This document shows, one piece after another, positions 1 through 7,280 of a stretch of 8,488 nt of DNA. The notes under the pieces were generated by a model that was not told where the DNA came from, did no database searches, and worked only from the letters and a program-made list of their open reading frames with translations. The number at the start of each line of letters is the position of its first letter. Position 1 is the first letter of the stretch. This stretch comes from Selaginella moellendorffii. Its lineage: Eukaryota; Plantae; Lycopodiophyta. The DNA lies in NCBI RefSeq assembly GCF_000143415.4, contig NW_003314629.1:1-8488 (forward strand). The letters are read 5' to 3'. Made by a program: the position numbers and the translations under genes.

Positions 1-1482
1 ATCGTAGAAATATGATAAACATGAGCTCCCATTGTTGACTACACTAAAACTCATTCCATGTGGTCGAAATGAATCCAAAAATTAGCCAAGTCTCCATCTC
101 CATCCATATCCATTTGTTATACAAGGTCCATATTAGAAGCAGGACCAAGGGTGGACATCTTAAAGATGAAAGGGCGTTGATTGTTTGAAGTCACTTGGCC
201 AACAAACAAAAGTTCCCATGAATAAACTCATAGGGACATTTTGTTTTTAACTCCAAAATTGCATCAATTCTAGATTGAAGTTTTCCATCTCACCCTTCTT
301 GCATCCAATTCTTTATTCTGCCAAAAAAAAAATGTTTCTATAGTGATAGTAGAGTTAAGTATTAATCTTATACCTGTTTAAATTTGTCACGGGTTTTATA
401 TTTCGAAGCAAGTCCTTCAAGCTGTTCTCTATGAACTATTTTTTGCTATCAGCTTATAGCAACATATCCACTATATAGTCCTTTAGTACAGATTATTGAA
501 CACACTTTGGAGTTGCAGAACTTTTTTTCCTAGCCTCTATAGTAATAGCAACTTTCAAATTGCAAAAAGAACCATGGCGGATTCCTTCCTCTATTACATG
601 TTGGTGGTATCCAACATACACTGCTGTTCTACTTAAACATCCATCTCGTGAAAGAAAATAATACATTTTTGCATTGCAACATGCTTGATACACAGGTGTT
701 GCCTTGCATTTGCAACATCTAAACCTTGTAGCAACCTCATCATGCCTAGACAGATTGATTGCTGAGCCTTCAAAGAAACACATATTTTTGCCATGATCAG
801 AAATGCATTTCTCACTGATACATTGAAGTTGTCCACCACAATAGACTATGGACACAAATCCATCAAAATGCGAGAACTGGGTTGTCTTTACTTTGCACCA
901 ATTATGTGGATCAAGACGCGTCTCCATACCCCTTTTCTTACTTGACGGACTGGCCGATGGAAACTCGAAAAATATATTCCCATTATAGGAAGAAAGAAGC
1001 TCCTCACCTCTTATGTACTAAAACTCCTTCAATTCCAACCATAATGATTGAGATTGCCGAAATGCCTTATCCACCGCTTCAAAAACTGGTCTAAAAGGAA
1101 CACACATACTTGTCTGGGAAGCTATGTTGGGAAGTTCATCTTCTTCACTTTCATCACTAGAGAGAATAAGACCTTCATCCTTCACTCCTTACACAGTTGG
1201 CTGTGAAATTGCTGCACTCTCCTCTACTCACTTCAGAGATCCTGTAAGTAGAATCTTTTGACCTGTACATCTATCAAGATCCCACTAAATCCCATTCTCT
1301 CCCACACCTCTGTTGAGAAAAATGGATTTTTCTATCTAATTACCCTTATCCCGACATACATTCTCCAATCTAATTGATCTCGACTTCAAGTTGAATCTTC
1401 TGCAGAGGAAGCTCTCTCCTATAACATTCTTAGAGAAAACAATTGGAGGCTCATGATCAAACTTCAAGTAGAATTCTCTCAT
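1..1482 (-). pseudogene. Mutator-like (MULE) DDE transposase pseudogene with N-terminal GCM/WRKY-like Zn-binding domain; continues beyond the left edge
   Basis: One frame runs from a candidate ATG at 1482 through in-frame stops into ...SSYNGNIFFEFP...METRLDPHNWCKVKTT...CGGQLQCISEKC...FRCCKC...C.AKMYY...VYVGYHQH (ORF 493-927, Cys/His spacing like GCM-type Zn domains). After a GT-AG intron (373-318) and one frameshift it reads ...RPFIFKMSTLGPASNMDLV*QMD...LANFWIHFDHME*VLV*STMGAHVYH, resembling the first catalytic Asp strand of MULE transposases. Family assigned by recalled motif similarity, not by a search. Confidence 0.7.
318..373 (-). other. Putative 56-nt spliceosomal intron in the MULE-like transposase
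   Basis: Minus strand reads AAC AG|GTATAAG...T-tract...GGCAG|A ATA AAG AAT TGG. Removal joins the frames as ...TNLN-R-IKNWMQ. Confidence 0.65.
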
Positions 1483-1858
1483 ATCTTCTCCTTGCTCGAG
1501 CACTTAGAAAAAATTTGGGGAGAAACTAACAAGAAAAAACAAAGATATTCTTTTGTATTGTGAGTTTTAATTAGTTGTGTCCTTGCAAAGGACAAAATAA
1601 TTATTTTAACAAAATATACAACCGTTTAGAATCTAGAGATATATGAGAATCTTAAAGAGCCACCCATATTAATTGTATAATTGATTGTGAGAGGAATAAT
1701 ATTGTTGAAATGAGTGGGTTATGAGTGAGAGGCATTGATTAATCATGAGAGTTGTAGCATTAATTGCTTGTTCTCCCTCTCATCTCCATGCTCTTTTCCC
1801 TTCAAAAGAGTTTCATTATTTTGTGATAAGTGAGGGAGAGTTAAACTCAGTCCCTAAA

Positions 1859-1897
1859 CCATTGATTGTGACTGTTGATCGTGACCATTGATTGTGA
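1859..1897 (+). repeat. 3 x 13-bp tandem repeat
   Basis: CCATTGATTGTGA / CTGTTGATCGTGA / CCATTGATTGTGA. All differences can be explained by CpG decay of a CCGTTGATCGTGA unit. Confidence 0.85.
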
Positions 1898-1906
1898 TTA
1901 TTAATT

Positions 1907-1930
1907 TTTAGGGTTTTATTGCTAGGGTTT
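1907..1930 (-). promoter_or_regulatory. Two telo-box motifs (AAACCCTA)
   Basis: TAGGGTTT at 1909-1916 and 1923-1930 (AAACCCTA on minus). An opposite-sense CCCTAAA is at 1852-1858. They lie about 430 bp upstream of the candidate transposase ATG. Confidence 0.5.
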
Positions 1931-2134
1931 GAGCAAGAAAGGTGAGAGAAAAACTCTTGAATCTCACAATGTGCTTCAAGATGCTTCTCAATTTGAATGC
2001 TAAATACTCTTCAAGACACTAAAAAGACACTCCTCAATCAAGGTATACCCCTCTCTGCTGCTTTTCCATTTCCCCATCTTTTGCTCCTAGCTTGCAAGCA
2101 ACTTGTGTTTTATGGCTATTTTGCGCTGGAATGA

Positions 2135-2270
2135 TCAAGAGCTCCACTATGCCGCTACTCCATTGTGATCCCTAGGGTAGGGTTGAGTCCCTTACCCTAA
2201 CATGCCTTAATATACCCTTGAGCCTCACTTTGACTGACATTGACCATGTGGTCAAAGCTGGTGCCTAACA
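2135..2270 (-). repeat. 3' LTR (distal ~100 bp missing)
   Basis: 2170-2270 matches 6492-6592 directly (92/101, ungapped). 2135-2167 matches 6252-6284 in inverted orientation (26/33, all differences transitions). Confidence 0.92.
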
Positions 2271-2283
2271 ATTCTTCCCCCCC
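2271..2283 (-). promoter_or_regulatory. Polypurine tract (PPT)
   Basis: Minus strand GGGGGGGAAGAAT immediately precedes TGTTAGG of the 3' LTR. Confidence 0.9.
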
Positions 2284-2343
2284 AACAAAGTCCTTGTCCC
2301 AAGGACGAGTTGTACCGGTGATCACCCTTCTAGGGAACCTTGC

Positions 2344-3135
2344 TCAAGCTCCTGGTCCATCTTCCACAGCCGTATACATCAAGGAGGCATTGGGCCCATC
2401 ACTCCGAGATAGTACACCTTTCAATTGGCTGATATAAAATACTGGATGAATTTTAACCCCAGCTGGCAACTGCACTTGATAAGCCGCTTTACCAATGGGC
2501 TCCAGCACTTCATATGGACCAACATATCGATGGGAAAGTTTATCACTCTTCTCTGTCCGTAAAGGCACCAAGGTATTCCACTGCTCACTTGACGGAAAGA
2601 TCACTCGCACAAAGACGAAATCACCCACCTTATATTCCCGGAATTGGTGATGCTCATTGGCAAACTTCTCCTCTCTATCCTGAGCTACTCGCAAATTCTA
2701 TTTGCACACCACTAGAATCTCATCAAGTTTCAAATGCAATCCTAACTCCACCGCTGTTCAAGGATGCCTTCCAAACATGGCAAAGTAAGGATTTAATTTG
2801 GTTCCACTGTGTTTGCTATTGTTGTAAGCAAATTGCACTAACAGAAGATATAGATCCCATTGTCCTTGCCTTTAACCAATGCTACAACGTAGCATATCCT
2901 CCACCACCTGATTCACATGCTCGGTTTACTGATCCGTCTGAGGATGATCTCCAATCAAGAGTTTCAAAGTCACTTACATAGCCTTTTCAAAACTTTTCCA
3001 AAATCCACTGGTGAACTTTGAATCTTGATCACTAATAATGTCCTCCAGCAAACCAAAATCAGGAAAAACCTTCTCCAAGTAAACTACAGTGAAGTCTGAG
3101 GCAATGATAGTCTTCTGAAGAGCCAACAACCACAC
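2344..3135 (-). pseudogene. Integrase core (distal part) and GPY/F C-terminal module
   Basis: VWLLALQKT...FGLLEDIISDQDSKFTSGFWK...HPQTDQ*TEHVNQVVEDMLR...QFAYNNSKHS...KLSHRYVGPYEVLEPIGKAAYQVQLP..VKIHPVFYISQLK, with internal stops. Confidence 0.92.
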
Positions 3136-3381
3136 GGGAAGAACACGTATGAGTTGATTAAGTGCAATTTTTATTGGAGGAATATGAAAACTAATATCCT
3201 CAAGTATTGTAAATCATGCAAGCTTTGTCAGTGGGTTAAGGTGCCACGGGAGAAGTTAGGGGGACTTTTGCAACCTTTACTTATTCCTCAGAGCCATTAG
3301 TGTAGTATCTCTATGGACTTCATCACTTGTTTGCCACAAACATAGAGGCAAAAGAAGCAAGTATAGGTCATATTGGATCGC
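3136..3381 (+). pseudogene. Inverted integrase segment (second half of HHCC Zn finger through first catalytic Asp)
   Basis: Plus-strand frame from 3136, 82 codons with no indel: GKNTYELIKCNFYWRNMKTNILKYCKSCKLCQWVKVPREKLGGLLQPLLIPQSH*CSISMDFITCLPQT*RQKKQV*VILDR. This is exactly the piece missing between minus-strand HD....HFG (ends 3380) and VWLLAL (starts 3135). The ORF track misses it. Confidence 0.95.
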
Positions 3382-5094
3382 CAAAATGACTGGCTTTGGA
3401 CGATCATGATAGTGGAATAAAATTTGAGTAATTAACGCATCCATCTGTGGCAAATATACATGGCCATTGTAATAGAGAATCCCATCCACCAATGAGAAAG
3501 GGGCTTCTATCTAGTCTTGCAAAGAGGCCACCTTAGCATCCTGAGCCTGAGCATACTCAACCAACTACCCAAACTTGCTGACCACCTTACTCAAGTGATG
3601 ACAAAATTGTGTTTGTAATGTCGTCACATAACGAACACGAGATAAAGCATCTACCACCACATTTGATTTCCTGGACGATACTCAATAGGAAACTCCCTAA
3701 AATCCATGAGTTTGACCATCCAACAAGCTTGCCTAGTGTTCAACTCCTTTTGTGTGAAAAGATACACAAGTGGTTTATGATCTTTCAACACCACGAACAT
3801 CATATGTGGAATAGTGTTGCTCCGCGGAATTCAAAGTTCGACTCTCATATGCAATAGGCTGTCCCTCTTGCATGAGAACTCCTCCCAGTGCATAACCACT
3901 CGCATCGCATATCACCTTGTAAAGTTTCGATGGATCAGCAATGCAAAGCATTGGAGTCTCGCTTAACAATCGTTTCAGTGCCACAAAACTCTCCTCTTGT
4001 GGCTTCTTCCACTCGAATGGCATATTTCTTGCGTAACAACTGCATCAAAGGAATAACCACCTCTGCAAACTTATGCTGGAAACATTGGTAGTAATTAGCT
4101 ATACTAAGAAAACTGTGCAACTCGGCCACTATACTCGGTGTAGGCTAATTTTCCACCATAGCCACCTTCCTTGGATCCGTTTTGACACCCTTAGATGTCA
4201 CAATATGGCCTAGATATTCCACCTCCGACTTTGCAAACTCACATTTGCTCTTCTTTGCATAAAGTTTGCTGTCTCGGAGTAATAAAAGAACCTTGCACAA
4301 TGCACCTTATGCTCCTCCATATTCTTGCTAAAAACAAGAATATTGTCCAAGAAAAATCTCCACAAACTCATGAAGATGATGCCCAAATACCTCTGTCATC
4401 AACTGACTAAATGTGGCTGGTGCATTTGTCAAATCAAACAGCATAACTGTAAACTCAAAATGTTCAAAGCTTGTGTTGAATGCCATCTTGGAGATAGATG
4501 CATCATCCATTGCAATCTAATGATATCCACTCCTCAGATCAATCTTGGTAAACAGTCATACTTCACCAAGCTTGTCTAGGATATCATGCACATGTGGCAT
4601 CGACATCTTATCCTTCACTGTCTTCTTGTTCAAAGCGCGGTAGTCAATACACATTCGCATTAAACCGTCCTTCTTCTTCACAAGCAAGACCGAAGCACCA
4701 AATAGAGACTTACTTAGCTGAATAATTCCAAACTTAAGTAACTCCTTGACTTATCGTTGAACTTCTTGCTCCTCCGCATAACTTAACCGAAATGGATGCC
4801 GGTAAATTGGCCGCGTCCTCGACTCCAATGTAATCCCATGCTCCACACCTTGTAATGGAGGCAACTTATGAGGAAGTTCAGATAAAATAACATCAAAAAA
4901 CTTGTCAAGTACATCCCATACTGTTGCTTCTCCCCCACACATGCCTTGGTCCCCCAAGTCACAAACAAACAGCAAGTAACTCGAAAGTGCTTTTCCATTA
5001 TGACAAGCCGCTTCAAAGATGTAGTAGAGAGTAGAACAACTGGTGGTTGAATGCCCTTGTCAAACCACACATCTTTAACACCATCATACTCCAG
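3382..5094 (-). pseudogene. pol: reverse transcriptase, RNase H and integrase N-terminus (frameshifted, with stops)
   Basis: LPP.QGVEHGITL...[22 protein letters not shown]...KIDLRSGYH*I...LTNAPATF...FLDNILVFS (YxDD box decayed to FLDN, 4342-4353)...KSKCEF..EVEYLGHIV...CDASGYALGGVLMQEGQPIAYES...DHKPL...YRPG..NVVVDALSR...ILFHYHD...HFG. Confidence 0.95.
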
Positions 5095-5595
5095 CTAGAC
5101 ACGCTTAATACTCCACTTTATCTTTGAATCCACCTTCACCAACCATGGCATCCCAAAAATGAGATCCACACGATGGATATCCACGAGATAAAAAGTCTCC
5201 AAAAGTGTGGTTTTGCTAACCAACACTTCCAGCTCCTCGACACAAGCATCGAAATGCTGAGCAGAGGTAGTTGCACCTTCCATCATGTATGGAAGAACTC
5301 CATGTATGACCAGGCCATGCTCCGCAACAAACTTTGCCGAAACAAAGTTGTCATCGCTCCCACTATCCAGTAAAATCCACACTAGATCGCCACGGAACAC
5401 ACCCTCTAGCACTAAAGCTGATTCACGAGTATCCTCAAGCTCCATCTTGTTCCATACACAGTTGAGTTGACGAGCAATGATCAAAAGTCTCTTCCTCCGA
5501 CCAGAATGGTCGTTCTCGTCATCCTCACACTGCAAAGTTTGCAACTTTTTAGTATCTAACTTACTGTGAGTAGAAGATTGGCCATTCTTCTGGTC
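5095..5595 (-). pseudogene. Retroviral-type aspartic protease
   Basis: ILLDSGSDDNFVS active-site motif and DLIFGMPWL motif. In frame with gag across a single TAG at 5596-5598. Confidence 0.92.
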
Positions 5596-6250
5596 CTACT
5601 GCTTGTTCTTCAACTGTGGACAATCAGCCTTGTAGTGTCCAAGTTCGCCACAATGATGACAACTTTGTCTATAATTCTTCATAAAGAACTTCTGCTTCTT
5701 AGACCCCTTTGCATCCGAAGTAGTCACCACTGACTTCAACTTGTGATGCTTGTTCCCATCCTTGTGTCCACGGCGATCATCACAACGATTCTCGACAAAA
5801 GGACTCCGCGAACGCTTGCGAGACTTGTGCTTGTCATTGTCAAGTCGACGAGCTGCATCAAAGAGCTCCTCCAAACTCTTTGTAGGCTGAGAATGACGCA
5901 AGTGGTGCCGCATGCTCTCACTATGTAGGCCATCAATGAAGTAGGACTTGTTCTGATCTGGATCCTTCGTTGGAACACGACTAATCAAGCGAGTAAGCTT
6001 CTTAATAAAGTCCCTGAGTGTCATTTTCCCTCGCTGGAAATGTTGAAGTTCTGTACGAGCATTCTTCACGTCGTAATGAGGGGCAAAATGTAAACGGAAA
6101 GCAGCCTCAAACTCATCCATGGTAGACACTGGTGGTTTCTTATCCGCAACACAGGACTCCTCAAGCCAATTCCACCATCGAAAACCCACATCACACAAAA
6201 CCATTGGAATAATCACTAAAGCCTCTGCATCTAGAGTTCCCCTAACAGCC
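5596..6250 (-). pseudogene. Gag (capsid-like domain plus CCHC zinc knuckle), N-terminus detached by inversion
   Basis: AVRGTLDAEALVIIPMVL...FRWW...FEAAFRLHF...ARTELQHFQRG...FIDGL; CHHCGELGHYKADC at 5620-5661. The first ~29 residues of ORF 5596-6336 are antisense LTR sequence, not Gag. Confidence 0.9.
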
Positions 6251-6251
6251 A

Positions 6252-6382
6252 CACAGTGGAGTGGTGGTGCAGTGGAGCTTTTGAGGTAGCTCGGGGGTGG
6301 TTGGGTGGTGAGGAACCTCAAGAGGTGGTGTAGCATAGTTTAGGGCGACTAGATTTCTGTCTTTTTGCGCCGGATCATAACA
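6252..6382 (+). repeat. Distal part of the 5' LTR, inverted
   Basis: Begins with the inverted match to 2135-2167 and ends ...GGATCATAACA, a canonical LTR end, 1 nt before the PBS. Confidence 0.88.
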
Positions 6383-6383
6383 T

Positions 6384-6394
6384 TGGTATCAGAG
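6384..6394 (+). promoter_or_regulatory. Primer-binding site complementary to the tRNA-iMet 3' end (now antisense to gag-pol)
   Basis: TGGTATCAGAG directly after ...ACA-T. Confidence 0.92.
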
Positions 6395-6406
6395 GAGTTA
6401 GTTGCG

Positions 6407-6491
6407 ATGGTCGACCAAGCTAAACGCTGGAATCCTATTGCCGATGATGGTGCCGATGAAGCTGTGGAGATTTGGACCATTCAAGTTCAAG
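6407..6491 (+). pseudogene. Original Gag N-terminus, inverted
   Basis: ATG 12 nt after the PBS: MVDQAKRWNPIADDGADEAVEIWTIQVQ(A). Resembles the xxxWxxxxE helix of retrotransposon Gag and would join AVRGTLDAE... if re-inverted. Confidence 0.8.
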
Positions 6492-6592
6492 CCCTAGGGT
6501 AGGGTTGAGTCCTTTACCTTAACATGCTTTAATATACCCTTGAGCCTCCCTTTGACCGACGTTGACCACGTGGTCAAAGCTGGCACCTAACA
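6492..6592 (-). repeat. Proximal (U3-side) part of the 5' LTR with promoter motifs
   Basis: Direct repeat of 2170-2270. Contains a TATATTAA box (6529-6536, minus) and the palindrome TTGACCACGTGGTCAA (6562-6577). Confidence 0.93.
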
Positions 6593-6824
6593 TCTTCATA
6601 ATTCTGTCTTTCTGCGTGCTCCATCCATAAATGCCTGCATCCAAATCCCCGAGACATCACTTGTATACCTTTGTGCATCTCCTTGCTATCTATCCTCCTT
6701 GTGCTTCTAGAACCACTAGCCTATTCCTCTTGCTAATGGTTTTATAGAAATACCTCCATGCTTTTGAACAATCTCTGATTTTGGGCGGCACTCTTGCAGG
6801 CTCTTTCAGCAATGTGACCATCTC

Positions 6825-7138
6825 CTTGGTCACAACTCCAATCGTTCTATCCTACAAGTTATCATAGTCATAAAACAAAAAACAAAAATGAACCACAGCA
6901 TCCATTTGAAGTGAGTCTGGATTTAAGAGATCGGTGTTTGTGGACAAACAAGACTATGTCGCATGCTTGCTTGATATCCAACAAGATCTTTGCTTTGAAA
7001 TGATTTTCTCTGTCCGATGGCTGATCACTTGCAGCCTGCAATGCACCACAAACCAACTGGAACACGTGGAAGATCTACCAGCGTGACATTTGGCAAAAGG
7101 ATTTTCAGTCTGATTTGCTTGTTGGAGACTCCTTTCTT
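6825..7138 (-). pseudogene. Dynamin-related protein (DRP3/DRP1-type) GTPase-domain gene fragment
   Basis: Across frames: KGVSNKQIRLKILLPNVTLVDLPRVPVG / DQPSDRENHFKAKILLDIKQACDIVLFV / NTDLLNPDSLQM / DRTIGVVTK. This is collinear with plant DRP3 ([39 protein letters not shown]...NTDLANSDALQ...RTIGVITK, from memory). G3 and G4 motifs are broken and intron remnants are present. Confidence 0.85.
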
Positions 7139-7280
7139 GTCACCAAGAACCAAAAAGAAGAAGAAAAACAAATCATAAGCTCACATTGTATGAGAAAGAA
7201 AGACACTGATCTACTTGTGGCTCCCGACTAAGAATGAAATACATTTATATTGTAGTTTATATTTAACTTTTAATCTTTAG

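Larger units (their letters stand above)
2135..6592 (-). mobile_element. Ty3/Gypsy LTR retrotransposon, chromovirus branch (Reina-like organisation), degenerate and internally rearranged
   Basis: Direct LTR copies starting TGTTAGG on minus (6592 and 2270). PPT, tRNA-iMet PBS, and domain order gag(CCHC)-PR-RT-RNaseH-INT(GPY). Many stops and frameshifts. Reconstructed LTR about 234 bp. No TSD recognisable. Confidence 0.95.

Noticed and set aside
1859-1897. CRISPR-like array or telomere
   Set aside because: Units are contiguous without spacers, telomere-type motifs are isolated single copies, and the context is eukaryotic.
2164-2270. A complete ~107-bp mini-LTR (TGT...ACA)
   Set aside because: Homology continues to 2135 via the inverted match, and the flanks (TCCAT vs TCTTC) give no TSD.
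2514-2981. Plus-strand ORFs antisense to pol/gag or to the other genes (e.g. 2514-2981, 3609-3857, 4325-4579, 882-1094, 7817-8038, 8109-8423)
   Set aside because: Shadow ORFs with no recognisable motifs, opposite well-supported coding sequence.
3136-3381. Recombinase-driven invertible switch (shufflon-like)
   Set aside because: No conserved inverted recombination sites at either inversion, bases are lost at the junctions, and no recombinase is in the window.
3277-3385. C-terminal half of ORF 3277-3492 as a novel peptide
   Set aside because: It is the antisense reading of the inverted integrase segment.
5596-5598. Programmed stop-codon readthrough between gag and pol
   Set aside because: An in-frame TAG after CAG is most simply a CAG>TAG decay like many others in this copy. 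No readthrough context is evident.
6251-6336. ATG at 6336 as the gag start (MLHHLLRF...)
   Set aside because: This stretch is the antisense of inverted LTR sequence. The true start appears to be the plus-strand ATG at 6407.
6360-6500. A second, nested plus-strand retrotransposon suggested by the plus-strand PBS
   Set aside because: The segment supplies exactly the LTR end, PBS and gag start that the minus-strand element lacks, and it matches that element's own 3' LTR. Inversion is the simpler explanation.
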